Source: Lama guanicoe
Lineage: Eukaryota
Length of the DNA: 64,000 nt
Direction of reading: 5' to 3'
NCBI GenBank assembly: GCA_013239625.1
Contig: MU056558.1
Coordinates: 2,160,553 to 2,224,552, forward strand
Below the pieces are notes generated by a model that worked only from the letters and a program-made list of their open reading frames with translations, had not been told where the DNA came from and did not search any database. The position numbers and the translations under genes were made by a program. Of this stretch, positions 11,657 to 24,751 are shown piece by piece. Position 1 is the stretch's first letter. Every line of letters begins with the position of its first letter.

Positions 11657-13853
11657 ATAAGGGAGAGAGAGAAAGGGGGGGGCTTACTGATGAAGGACTT
11701 TTGATGGGGAGACAGGGAGAGACCACTGAGAACTCCCTCCAGCTATCCTCCATCCCTCCTGGGTGGACGGGTGGGTCCTGAGGGGACCTGGTTAAGGCTA
11801 GCAGGGCAGCCAGGTGGACTGGAAGGAGCCATGAGGAGGGACGGTAGTGGTCCCAGGGAGAGGGGACCTGACGGGGTGCTGGCAGTGGGTGGTGCTGGGG
11901 ACGGAGCCCGGAGCAGAGAGCTCAGGGCATGCTTGGCAGTATAAAGATGCTTCTTGCAGTGGCCGGCATGGCAGATGAGAAAGCACATCTTCTCGGGGTG
12001 ACCCCCTCTTCCTCATCCTCTAAGCTTTCACTGCGTTTTGTGAACTTTCTGAATTTTGGCGGGTGATTTGGTTGCTCATGTAGCTCACTCTGTGCAATGC
12101 TTTGCAGGGTGTGCAGGGAGAGTGGAGAAGTCAAGGGACTTCTCTGTCTCGTGACTGCACAGCAGAAGGGGAAACCCAGACCCTCATCACCTGACTGGTG
12201 TGTCCGCCTTGGAGCGTGACTCTTACAGGCCGTGACCCAGGAGGGCACCTCCAGACCAGGCAGTTCACTGTAATTAGATTGCCGTCTGCCAGGACGAGGG
12301 CGGAGTTCCTGTAGTACCTTTGCTGTGATACAGCTCCCTCAATGGGAGTTCACACCCGAAAGTGTTCCTGCCAGTTGTCTGCTGGCTTTGGTTAGCAGTG
12401 TTAGCACAAGGAAGAAAGAATATTTAACTTTGCATCAATAGGCAAAGAATAATTAAAATCCAGTTAAAAGCATGAATTCTTCTACGTATTGGCTTTATGT
12501 AATATGTATTTAAAAACAAGACATCTGTTAAGGCTTTCTTTTGAATCCAGAAACCAAGAGAGGGTATCATTTTAATTAAAAATGGATTATTTCGGAAACA
12601 GTTTAATCACCCTGTCATCGTGGGACTTAGACCTTACTAATTAGCTACTGATAATTAGGTTCAAGTTACCAAAATTTTGAATTCATGGGGGTTAGAGGAG
12701 TACTTTTAGGGACCTGGCCTGCAGCTATGGGGTGTCAGGAGGAGAAAGGCTCAGACCACTTGAGTGAGTTCTTAAATCACATATCCTGTCCTCTGTGGAC
12801 CCAGAGGGGACATCCCACAGCAGGTTGGGGATAATGAGGAGCACCTGTGGCTGTCTCATCTCCCCCACCTCCTGCCTCCGTGGTGTGAGCAGGTGCCGAG
12901 GCCCTGGAAGGTGGCACCTCTCCCTGACCGTGTCCTCGTTGTGCTGGCCTGTGGCTGAGGCCTCACTGACGGGTTCCCACTGGAGCACAGATGCGGTCCC
13001 CACCGTGTGGAAGGCCCTGCCAGCCCGGCCAGGCTCCTGCCCCTTTTTCTCCCCCCACCCCCAACCAGTGCTCGGAGAGGGTCCCCATTGCCTGCACCTC
13101 CTCCTTTAAGGGCTGATCTTTCTATTTGGGTGGCGGGAGCACAACCCCCATTTATCATCTTAAGTGGAGGATGACTTTCAAAGTGATGAATGGCATTCTC
13201 ATTGCTCCTTCAGCCAAATGTGACCGAAATAACATCTGGAGTCGTGAGTAGGGGTGGGAAGGCTTGTTAGAGGATGGGTCTTCAGCGGCTCACACGGAAC
13301 AGCCCATAGCCTGCCCTACAACAGAGCCACACACAGGTCGAAAAGGGCTGTTGCCACCAAGGGCCGATCCAGGCCCTGCTGGATGGTGTCCAGACCGCCT
13401 TCTGCTGCTGTTCTGGCTTTGACCTGGTCATTGTGGCTCCTGGGCTCTTAGGAGAACCTTTTCAAAGAAGAGACGTCATATCACAGGTACCCCGGGTAGC
13501 AGTCACCTGGCAAGGCACCTGCGCTTCTTGTGGCCTGCAGTCCTGGGCTGCAGTGACCCAAGTCCCTCCAGCCTCGGGGTCCTGCTGCACACTGACCGCC
13601 CGGGTGAGCAGTTCCCTCTGTCCAGTGGCCTGTGCTTGAAACACCAAGAATGGTTTGTGTGCAGCTGGGCCTGGCCGGGGCGGCGCCTGCCGCTTCTCCT
13701 CCTCTCCCCTCAGAGCCTGGCGCAGGGGGCAGCTGGGAGGGAGGATGTGTACATGAGACCCAGAAGATGAACCAGAATCAGCCGGGGCACAGCTTCGAGT
13801 CTCCGACCCAGAAGATGAAAGCCACGGGGTTTGGGGTTGGGGGGAGGTAGGCT

Positions 13854-13877
13854 AGCCAGAGCCAGAGCCAGAGCCAG
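13854..13877. repeat. (AGCCAG)4 hexamer repeat
   Basis: agccagagccagagccagagccag. Confidence 0.85.
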
Positions 13878-14729
13878 GGTGGGGGGAGGGAGCCAGTGCT
13901 TGGGGCTGCCACGTTAGAAAGGCATTGATGTGAAATGGTTCTATCTGAAACAACATGTTTGTGAACTATTTTAAGATTGTAAGGCTGAGAAAGGAATTTG
14001 ATGTTTGGAAGTAAAGTAGCACTGGAATCTATAGAAACGAAACAAAACACCCTAGAGGGATTCAGAAAGAAGAGTTTAAAAAAAAAGAAAGAAAGAAAGA
14101 AGGGCTGGCCAGGGCATCTTGTCCTAACTATGCTGTGTGGAATCCGGGGCCCTTGTCTCCTGCAGGATTGGTATTTATGAAGCACCTGTTTGGTGGAGGA
14201 TTCTAGGTTTTGTTTCTTCCACCGGGGATGGGAAGGGAGTTCATGGAGTGGGGAGAGTCGTGGCAGCTGGTGCCCCCAAGGACACCCCAGGGTGGAGTGA
14301 GTCAGCTGCCGGGCACCCGAGGAGCTGTACAACCATGGTCTGATGCGGGCATCCAGCAAGACGGTCATGGCCTTGACCAGGCTCCGCCTAATGACCTGAC
14401 TTTATGATAAAAGAAGGTAGGAATGGTGTCAAGTGAGACTCCAGCCAGGATTCTGGGTTCAGGGGAAGCTCTCACTTACCTGCACTTGGCAGCGAAGCAG
14501 AATATTATGGTGAGAGCTTGGCATCTGCTTGTCCGAGACCCTCAGCCACCAGGTTTGCTGGAGGTGGGCTTTGTTCCCTGAGACCCCTTGGCACCCCAGG
14601 TGCTGAGGACCGAGGGCCAGTTTGGCCTTTGTCCAGGGGTCCCCGCTGACCTGGTGTCTGAGGCTGCTGAGCTGTGGGCAGGAGCAAGTGCGGGCACAGG
14701 AAAGAGCCAGGTTCTGCTGGAGTCCACCC

Positions 14730-15065
14730 CACCAGCTGTTTTCCAAAGACTGGCAGATCTGAGGTACATCTAGGGACAGAGAGCTTCTGGACTATGTGCT
14801 CCCACCCAGAACTAAAAACAGGCTTTTCCTCCGAGAACTTCTGCCAAGTCCTTGTATTATTTGCTTAATAGTTTATTTACTTTTTCTTGAAATATATTTT
14901 AAAAGAAACTTGGTATTTCCGTCATGAGTGAAACCCAGTACAATGTGCCAGAAGTAGAAGGTAATACTTTAGAATTAACACCTGATGCGTAACACCTGTT
15001 TATCGCTGTAGCCCATCCCATAATGTCCTCGCATGGACTTTTGTCATGCTTTGGGAAATACGAGC
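14730..15065. mobile_element. Possible hAT-Charlie-type DNA transposon remnant
   Basis: AT-rich block bounded by imperfect inverted ends gttttccaaag ... ctttgggaaat; family not resolved. Confidence 0.35.
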
Positions 15066-15861
15066 TCAGAGAAGGCCCTTCCTCCCTCTCCCCCTGGAGT
15101 CTCCCTGTGTTCCAGCTTCCCTGCCCTGTGCCTTCCTGGGGAGGGGGCGGTGCTGGTGTCCCTTGGAGAGAAAGTAGCCTCTAAATTGGGTTGAACAAGG
15201 ATGATCTCCCCTCACCATTTCTTGGCCTGGTGGTTTGAGCCTCCCTGGCTATTTCCTAGGGTGGCCTGGGGCATGTTTAAAGGGGAAGCTTTCTGTTTGG
15301 GGCCACAAAGGATTTCTTGTTGACATCAGCAAGAACTAGTGAGGGCAGACGTTGATCTCCTACAGAGGCAGAGAGCAGTTGGCAGATTGTGCCTGTGTTT
15401 CCGCGGCTCTTCCAGGGCCTTCCAAAGCTGGGGCCTCTCACTTGTTTGAGAGTGCCAGCCCCAAAGGGGTCTGGATTCACAGGTCTTAGAACTTCCCACT
15501 TGAGTTGTGTGCTGCCTATCCAGGCTTCATCCTCCTGTGTTGTCACCATCCTGGGTACCAGTCATGTCCCGCCTGTGTCTGCAGCACCTGCCCTAGGCGC
15601 CCTGTCCTTCTTTTGGGGAATCAGCAAAGAAGGTGCCGGAGAGGATCAGAGCAGGCCAGCTGCTCACCACATAGATGATGGTCAGAACCACCAGCTGGTT
15701 TCCTTCGTGTATAAATTCCTTAAAGATCAGTAACAAAAAAAAAGATGAACGTTCAGTTTTCTAAAATAGAAGCAGGCCACTGAGAAAGGAAGAAATACCA
15801 GGAAATAAACTTATAAGCATGTTCAAATGTGCCTGTTAATGAAACAATGAAAAACTTTTTT

Positions 15862-15966
15862 TCGGGGGGTTTTATTTATTTATTCTTAATGGAGGTACTA
15901 GGGATGGAACCCACGACCTCGTGCCTGCTGAACAGGCACTCTGCTACTGAGCTATACCCTTCCCTC
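15862..15966 (-). mobile_element. tRNA-derived SINE, Vic-1-like (camelid)
   Basis: Minus strand GAGGGAAGGGTATAGCTCAGTAGCAGAGTGCCTG...GAGGTCGTGGGTTCCATCCCTAGTACCTCCATTAAGAATAAATAAATAAA: A box, B box, (AAAT)n tail, with near-direct flanking repeats aaaac(t/c)ttttt. Family assigned from memory. Confidence 0.8.
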
Positions 15967-16254
15967 AAAACCTTTTTGTTTTGTCTACCAAATTCGCAGT
16001 TTAGTGGGCAAACAGGCACTGCTCAGGACTCTGAAAATCCTGACGGGCTTTCTGGGGTCATTTGGCAGAACGTGCCCTGAGACTCCGAAATGTGCTTTTG
16101 CTCAGTGAGTCTCCTTCTAGGAATTCAGCCTGAAGATGGTGAAAAGGCATGTGGCCATGTGTGTCCATCCTCACACGGAGGTGGAAGCAACCTAGATATC
16201 TAACAGGGCGTAATTGGTTAAGTGAATTATAGGCTGCGGTCCTCCTCACGCAAC

Positions 16255-16950
16255 TGTTTACTTATTCAGTCACTCAGCAGAGATGTACTGAAAACCTCCT
16301 GTGTGCTAGGCACTATCCCAGGCTCTAGGGATACTGCAGTGAGCAAAACAGATAAAAACCTCAGCCTAATGGGAGGCGAGAGAGGATGGATGGGTGGAGG
16401 GGTGGATAGATGGAGGGAGGGCGGGAGGGAGGGACGGATGGATGGAGGGAAGGAGAGAGGGGTACTAGGTCAGATGATGGTGAGGGCCAAAGGAGGAGGG
16501 GGCACTCTACCCAGAGGGCTCAAGACAGATGTTCCTGAGGAGGAGACACGGAGGAGAAACCTGAAGGAGAGAGAGCGGGCTGTGACCTCCAGGACAGATG
16601 TTCCAGGCAGAGAGGACAGGGCTCATCTGGTGGCCCTGCAGTAGGAGCTTGCTCATCATCCCACAAGTACCAGGGAGCCAGACTGAGAAGATGAGAGGAG
16701 ATGGGGAGCAAGAGGGAGGCAGGCTGCTCGTGGGAAGGCAGGGTCGGGTTTGCGCAGTTGGGGCCAACTTCGGTTGTTAGAGGCGCGCACTCCGTAGGGA
16801 CGAGGGCTGAAGCAGGGGAGCCAGCTCCGCCACTGTCACCATCGACCAGGCGAGAGAAGGTGGTGGCCTGTGCCAGGGACAGGTGGTGTTAGTGGGGAGA
16901 ACTGTCAGATTCTGGACATGGTGACAATAGACACGGATCTGTTGACAGGG
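16255..16950 (-). mobile_element. L2 LINE 3' remnant interrupted by a GGA-rich simple repeat
   Basis: attcagtcactcagcagagatgtactgaaaacctcctgtgtgctaggcact...gggatactgcagtgagcaaaacaga matches the L2 3' end; ttccaggcagagagg further in is also L2-like. Confidence 0.7.
16372..16462. repeat. GGA-rich (GGAT/GGAG)n simple repeat
   Basis: ggatggatgggtggaggggtggatagatggagggagggcgggagggagggacggatggatggaggg. Confidence 0.85.
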
Positions 16951-17094
16951 AGCAACGTTCATGCTTTAGAAGGAAACTCCCCTGGGACCCTGGCCTGAGT
17001 GGAGTCATCAGTCCTTGCAGACCCTTTTCAGCTCAGTTGGGCCCTGTGCACAGGGATGACATGGAAGAACTTAGGAGCCAGTGAACACATGGCT

Positions 17095-17670
17095 CCAGCT
17101 ACCTGGAAAGGCTGGCTTTATCTGCTAAAGCTGAACCTATACGAAGTCCGGCGACCCAGCATTTCCACTCCTGGCTCCGTGCTTGGTGGGGATGCGTGCG
17201 CACGTGCCCCAAAAGACCGCAAGAGAGCGTGCTCGGCAGCACTAGTCACCACCGCTCCGATCCAGCAACCACAGAGAGATCTGGTCACTGACAGTTCAAA
17301 ACTGGGACACACTCACCCGGCGGAACGCTGCCACCGATGAGAAGGAGCAAATGCCAACGACCGGCCACAGGGATGGGTGGTTCACCTGCGTGACGTGGAG
17401 CAGCGGAGGAAGCCAGACCCAGCCAGACTCAGCTTGCTCACGTCATTTAATCCATTTACATCAAGTTCAAAAATAGGCCAAACTAACCTGCCGTCTTGGA
17501 AGTCAGGCTCCTGCTGCGGGGAGGACCGAACAGTGGGGGTTGGGGGGGTCTCGGGGTGCTCAGCACAGAGATGCTCACCTCGCAACAGGCCATTGTGCCC
17601 CGTCCTTATGATTTGGGTCTTTCTCTGTGTGTTTGTCAGACTTGTCAAGAGGTGACTCTCAAAAAAGAAG
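17095..17670 (+). mobile_element. Old L1M (L1ME/MC-like) 3' remnant
   Basis: gacccagcatttccactcctgg, gaagccagac and ccatttacatcaagttcaaaaataggccaaactaa are L1M 3' landmarks, in the expected order. Confidence 0.7.
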
Positions 17671-20600
17671 TTCAGTTTATTTTTATTTTAAAAATCTGTG
17701 TTTATGCATTAAAAAAATCTGGCAGAATATTCAACAGAATATTTGATAGAGGTTATTTCTCAGAGATAAGATTAAGGGTGATTTAAATTCTTTTCCTTTG
17801 TATAGAAGATTTCTAAAATCTTTTCCATTTTACATGTATATGTGCAAATGTATTTATACTTGAGGTTTATTAGCAGTCTGGTGTGGCCAGGGCTTTAACG
17901 GCTCAAAGGATATAGTGCTTTATCCAGAAAAGCAATACCCAGGAACTCAGGAATTCAGCCTAACCAAGCATGTCAAGAAAAAAGGGGAATATTTGTTAAT
18001 TGAATGTCATGTTATGTCCTCAGTTATGCCTAATACAAGATCGGCAACTCAGAATTCTCTATCGTCCAATTAAAATGCTAATTATCTTGATAAGGCTGCT
18101 CTCGGGGAGAGTAAGTGGCTTCCCGCTGGCGCTGCCCCTCTCCTGCCCTGACCACCGCTGTCTTTGCACTGCTCTTGCCTCTGGTTGGCGGGTCCTTCCC
18201 TTCCAGGGCCTCTGCATCCCCCGGGGCCCCTCCCGGAGCACCAGCTCCTGCTTTCCACCAGCCCAGCTGGGACTGTGGGCTGTTTGTCCTGCCAGACCGT
18301 CCTGGCTCAGTCTGGGCCCCGTGAGCAGATGTGAGGCCAGGACCGCAGGAGTAACACAACATCCTCCACCAGTGGTCTTTCAGGAACATGAAGCCTGGCC
18401 CCACCGAGGCAGCTGCTGTTCCAGCCGTACTGCCGACAGACCTGAGGCTTTGAGGGTATTGGGGTTCAGCATGGGCTCTAAACTCAAAGGGATTCTTTGG
18501 AGGGGGTCCCTGACCCCACCACACCACTGCCTTGACCCGCACTTTCCTCATCGGTGAAGGATTGTTGCAAACACCAAATACTGCAGGTGGCTGTTGGGGC
18601 TTCCTCACTGGCCGGGTCTGAGGGAGGTCCTGGGTGGGAAGGCGTGGCTGCCCCCAGTGTGGCCAGGGTTGCAGATGGTCCTGTGTCCCTGGTGGTGCTG
18701 CATCTGTGCAGGCTGGGCCATGAGGCTGTGCTATGAGCGCTGGTTTTATCAGTAATGCACTTCTGGGTTTAGTACAAGGCTTTAAATCAGTCCCTTCTTG
18801 ATGACAGACTGTGTGAATGCAACTTGCTTATTTAAAACCTGCTCAGAGCCTAGGTAGTGGCTCCCTGGCGTGCAGTGTGTCTCCCCGCCCCACCCCTGGG
18901 GGCCTGAGTGAGGAAGGCGAGGGGGCAGCCCCCCAGTTCACCCCTGAGTCCCAATACCCCTCTCCCCAGAAGGCCCACACGCTCTGGCCCCTGCCCACCT
19001 TTATGACCTTGTGTCCTAGCTGCCTGCTCTCCTAGACCCTCTGCTCATCCAAGTGGCCTCCACCACCCTGCCCATCTTTCCTTCCACGCTCCTGTTGGTG
19101 GCTCAGCCACGTGGGAACCTGATATGTATCACGGCCCAACCTGAGAGGGGGACAGGGTGCTCAGTGTCACCCACAGCCCCTGCTGACCTCCCTGGCTGGC
19201 CCATCTGCCGATTCTCATCCTTGAACGGCTACCTTGGCAATCGCTGCTGCCTGGGGCAGCCCTTCTGCCGTTATCTTGGGCGGCTGATGCATTTTTCTGG
19301 GGCCGTGGCCATCTCGCCATCAGATGATAAACCTCAGAGGGCAGAAGCTGAGCCATGTGCCCTGGAAGGCTCCGTGGGCTGGATTTACAGGCCCCTGGGG
19401 TGGCCCAGTAGTATGGTCCCTGGAGAGATACCGTTGCAGTGGGATCTGGGCCTCGGAATCTTCTGTCCCTGCCCTGTTCGTCATCTCCAGGCACTGACAA
19501 ATGGGCCTGCCCCACTGTCACTGCAGGAACTCAATCCACATCGCTATTCACAGCACAGACTCTCTCCCAGGTTACTTAAAGGTTCTCATCTACTCCTGGA
19601 TACAAAGCATTTTCTACCGTGTCTTGCAAGGGAGAAATTTATAGGCAAGGGTGTTAAAGGGATGGCCACGCGGGGGAGTTACGGGGACCGACACCAGGCT
19701 AGGGGCAAGGATGTGGGTGGACCCGGCCCTTCCCTCTGCTGGTCAGGGAACCCCTCCAGCTGCTGGGAGAGGCTGTGGGCCATGTGCCTAGTCGGGGTGC
19801 CCCCCACCCATCCTCCATCCAGGTGAGCAGGAGGGAGCAGGGGCGGGTAGGCCTAGCCTGACACTGGCAATGCATGTGAGAGTCAGACTGCAAGAGGCAG
19901 GGGAGATGCTCACACTGCTGCCCGCCTCCCCGTCTGCCATCCTCTTAGGGATAAATGGTCACTCCTAGCAGCTGTGTGTTGGTTCTTTGTAAAGTCTGCC
20001 TGTTCTGTTTTCATACTGTACTTTTAGGTGTTAATTTTCTTATATGGTTTATAGTCTCCATCTGATGGTTCTGTTATCGGAAGTCCTTGGGGGTCTCAGC
20101 CCGCTGCTCGCTGTGTCTGACAGCTCTAATGGACTATTTCCAGGTTGTGAGTTCATCTTCAGTGTGTGGGGTGTGTATGTCTATGTGTATCTATACCCGT
20201 GTGTGTACCTGTGTGTGTGCGTGTGCCGGTGCACAGATGGTGGCTGTCCTGCCTGGATTGAGAGTGTGGCCGCCCAGTTTGGCTTTGTCAGTTTGGCTCC
20301 AGGTATCACCAGTCAGGGACCAAGTTTTCTGTTAATGTCCTGGCTGGCAGGTTTCCAAACCATGCAGGCGGTTCACACTTGAACCTGAACCCCATGGACA
20401 GACCTATGCTGTGAATTCTGAGGGAATGTTTATTATTTTTTCCCAGAGCCCAAGAAAGCTTCCTGATTGCCTCTGATGCTGGCAAATTTTCTCCAAGTCC
20501 GTCCTTCCCCCGAGGGTGCATCCCTGCCCGGGCCCCAGCTTTGTGGGAGGAGAGGTCTCCGTTCTGGTCCCCTACCCCTGGCTTGCCCGAGGCCTTGTCG

Positions 20601-23457
20601 CTGCCCGCACATAGCAGTGCACGCCAAGGCCTCCGGGTTAACAAGACTGGTAGCTCCCTCTTCCCTTCTGGCCTCGCTTTCCTTCCTGACCTGCGGACGG
20701 GGCTCTGCTTGTTACATTTAATCAGCACCTCTGAGGGTTGGGGGTGAGACGGTTTCTGACCGTGTACTCACGGGCCATCATCTCCTTGTGGCTGCAGAGT
20801 TGCTGATCGGTACCTCACAGCCGGACTTGGCCATAGATGCCTGTCGACAGCAGTTAGGCCCCTCCGGCTGTGTGTCTGCTGGGCCCTCACCTGGCTCACG
20901 GTTTGCCATGTTTTCTGTAAAGATCACACGAGGTCTTTATTAAGCGTCCTGCTGTTGCCGCCTGGTCTGTGAGCCCTCCAGTGGGAACGGGGTGGCTCTG
21001 CTGCCATCTGTCCTCCAGGTCCATTCTTGCCAAGCTCCGACCGGGCTGTGCAGGAGCCCCAGTTCAGCGCATCCTCACTCCCCCCCACCCCTTGAGAATC
21101 AGAAATAGTTTAGGCTCGCATCTTGGCACAGACCCCTGGGCCACAGCACCTGCCTCAGAATTTGGTCGCCTTTGGGTGTCCAGGACCCAGACCAGAGGTC
21201 CCAGGGAGAGGGTCCCCTGAGGCGTGTGAGCAGAAATGGGGCCCGTTGCGTCCACCTGTTAACACCACCAAAGCACCAGTTTGTCCTCACGTCATGTCAG
21301 ACAAATTGATTTGAAACAAAATTAGGTGCTGAAGTCCAGCGTGAAGGACTTAAACCCAGGGAACGCGGATCTCCAGCACGTGGCGTCCCCTCCCCTTTCT
21401 AGCTCTTCCTCATCGGGGTGAGGGACTGTCCGCGTGGCCGGCAGAAGCCACCCAGTGCTGGGCTGCGGTTTGTAGGTGAAAACTGGGCCTTCCGTTCCTT
21501 AGTCCGGTGCTTCTGTAAGCCATGCTTTTTACTCTAAAAGGCTTTTTACTGAAACAGAAGCCAGGGTGTGCAATGAAGGCTGGTTCTATCCAGTAGCTTA
21601 CAGGGCAGCTGAGACTGGCTGCGGGCGAGGCAAGCAACCCTGCCCTGTTTCCTCCGGTTGCTATAGAGTGTTCCCTTTCATTCCTCTGCTGCCCCCTGCC
21701 TGTCCCCAGTCCCAGCAGAGGCCCACTGTCCCCATCACCTGGAGAATGGCTGTGTGGTCCCCTGAGGCCTGCTTCCATCCGGGCAGGGCTACTCGGGGAG
21801 CCCTGTGGCTCCGTGGGCTGCTATGTGGGGTCCTGGTGCCTGGGCAGGCAGTGTGTAGCCGTCTCAGGGCCCTGACTTGCTCTGGCCATCCCATGGCCTC
21901 AGGGACTGAGGCCAAAGTTGGTGGCAGCCCCCCAAGTGCTCCTGCCATGAATACGGGGGCAGCTGATGAGGGGAGCGTGTGGCTTTCCTCGCCTCCCTGG
22001 CAGGTCCTGAAATCCTTTGTGTTGAGGAAATACTTCATTTACAGAGCCCCAATTATCCTGTGAGATTTGTAAAGCAAGTCTGAAAGCTGATGGAATATAG
22101 CAGAACCGTTCCTGCCTGACAGCTCCTTAATACCCAATCATAACAATTACATATAATTAGTGTTTACAGTGCCTGGAAGATTAGACTTCTCTCTGCACAG
22201 ACATTCTCTAGAACAGGCCTAGAACACGTGGGGCAGGATTGCCACTTAATGTGCCCATGGGCGGCCTTGGTGTTCTGAGCACAACCCTGTGGTCAGTCTC
22301 CCCTGCCCTGGTGGTCGGTAGGTGGGGTGGGGTCCACCTGAGCCTGCTTCTCAGCCGGGGCCGCCCGGATGGCTGGGCCTGAGCTATTGCCCAGGTCTTG
22401 GGGAGGGGGTGAGGGCAGCCCCCCGCCCATTGCCCCCCTCCCCAGCTGGGTTCTGCAGAGGCTGGGCTCTTGGAGTGCCGAGTCCCCCGCTCAGACGATC
22501 TGTCCTCCACCCCCAGATCCTGGGGCGTATTGCAGGTGGGGGCGGGCAGGGTCCTGGCCTCTCCAGAGCTCTCGGCAGCATGGTCTCCCAAGGGATCAGC
22601 ACTGCTGGTGTGGTGATGATGTGGTGGGGCTGGTCCACCAGCCCCTGCAGCATCTCCAGGATCTGCCCCAGGCCTCTGTCAAGGCTGGTTCACTCTCTGA
22701 CCCTCATCACACTCCCGGGTTTGCTGGGCTTTGCCGCATCCTGGAGCCCTCCCCTGGCTCTGGCTCTGTCTGGGCTCAGCCTAGGGGCAGTCTACCGGCT
22801 GTCCACGCTGGGGTCTTGTCTTTCTCTCTCGACCTTGCTCCTGGCCTCCCCTGCTCAGGGTGTGTTAGCGTGTCCAGGGAGCCAGCCAGTTTGCTGTTCA
22901 TCCCAAGTAGGGGGAGGCCAGGCCTGCCCCCAGACCCTGACTCTCAGCTGCCTGGAGCCCACCCTGCCCTGCCCTGTCTGCGCGAGGGCCTGCCCCTCAA
23001 TCCTGTTCTCCAGACCAGAGCCCAGCAGCTCCTGCTCTCCTTTCCCTGCGAATTGCTGCAGGGTCAGGCTCAGGGCCCCGGGTGAGTCCAGCACTGGGGC
23101 CGGGAGAGCCCACGTCCCTCCCTGGCTGTGCATCCAGCCCTCCTGCTGTGGTAGGATGTGGCCACTGGTGAAGGAGTCACAGGGAGACACTCCCTCCAGC
23201 CCTGCAGAAACAGGCGGCCTCTGCCCCTGCCCATCTCCCCACAGGGCCAGGCTGTCCCCCTAGTGGGCCTGAAAGGCGTGGCATTGGAAGTGCTGACCTC
23301 TGTGCTTCTGTGCCTGTGGCTGACCCTGCGCTCCAGGCCACCAGCCCCACAGACCCACGCTGGGGGGTCCAGTCTTCCTGCGGGCACAGCTGAGCAAGGT
23401 CTGGCTGAGGACGTGTCTCGGAGCAGGGGTATGCATGCTCTGGTGACTCCGCCCTGA

Positions 23458-23547
<90 letters not shown>

Positions 23548-24673
23548 TAAGTGAGCCTCCTGGGCCACATGGGAACAATCGTGAGAGGATGCTGGGGGAA
23601 GGGGAGGGACCCCACCTTGGAGGAGCTGTATCTACAGGAGGCCACGCACGTGTGTGTGTGTGTGTGGCTATGTGGGGAACAGCACGGCTATGGGTGGGTC
23701 TAGGGCTCTGTGGTGGGGGGTGTCACTATAGGTGTGTGTGTGGCACATTGTGGCTGTAGGTGGGGGACTCTGTGTATGTCTGTGTGTGTCACCTGCCCTT
23801 GGCTGGGTGTGCTTGGAGGCACAGGGTAGAACTGACCATGAATATACGGGCAGCTCATGGCCGTGAGTGTGCACTGCTGTAGTCTCCAGAGGTGTGCAGA
23901 GCCATGAGTGTGTATCACTGTAGGTGTGTCTTTGAGGGACACGTCCTGGCTGTAGGGGGCCCCCTCGTCTCCCAAGCTCACCCCCATCTAGTCCCCTGTG
24001 CCCTCCCCGTGAGTCAGAGGGTCTGGCCTCTGCCCGACCAGGATGGAGCCGGCAGCTCTGGTGATACACACGTCCTTGGCACATGAATAATACATGTGAA
24101 CCTCTCAGTCCTTGGCAACGTTCTTTTCTGGTGGATAGAGAGAAAAATCATTATTTCTACTTTTATGATTCCTGAGACTCCCGAACGGGGCCATAAATAT
24201 TACACCCAGGTGGGTTTTTTCCCCCCTTTGGACAGACTTAAAAGTCCTTTTTTTCTTAAAGGCATCGCTCATTAGGGAAGCGCTCTCCAGCAGAGGAGCG
24301 AGGAGCCACTAGCTCGCTGGCCCTGGCCCTGGCCCTTGGGCCTCCATGGCAGTTTCTAGCACAGTCCGGGCCCTTCCCAGAGGGCCTCCTCTCCCCCTTT
24401 AGCCACCAGGAGATAAGGGCTTCCTTGGAGTCCCTTTCCCAGGCCCACAGGCCCTTGCTCCCACGTCAGGCCCACATCCCCAGCCCCAGGGCACCTACCT
24501 GACCAGCATTCGGCCAAGGAAGCACCACAGGAGGCCCTGCCATGAGCCGAGAGGTTGGCCACCAGCTGTGGCTGCCGGGTGGACGGTCCTGCCCGTGGGG
24601 CAGAGGGTTGGGGCACCAGCCCCGGGCCTGCTGGGTGAGGATGGGCTGTTGACTTCCCCCTGGTACTCCGCAG

Positions 24674-24751
24674 CGGTGAGAACTCGGCCGTGCTGCACTA
24701 TGGACATGCCGGGGCCCCCAACGACCGGACCATACAGGACGGAGACATGTG
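24674..24751 (+). CDS. PEPD: Prolidase coding exon 11, 78 bp
   Basis: Acceptor tactccgcag, donor gtgagt. Translates (S)[25 protein letters not shown](C), including the substrate-binding His (H255 in human). Phase matches both neighbours. Confidence 0.97.

Noticed and set aside
15880-15966. tRNA gene
   Set aside because: It has a SINE tail and target-site-like duplications, and the B box and cloverleaf are degenerate; it is a SINE.
22322-23263. 313-aa + strand ORF (also 6595..7368, 19053..19826, 32301..33086, 37882..38640)
   Set aside because: Intronic, low-complexity translations without family motifs, mostly non-ATG starts; GC-driven artefacts.
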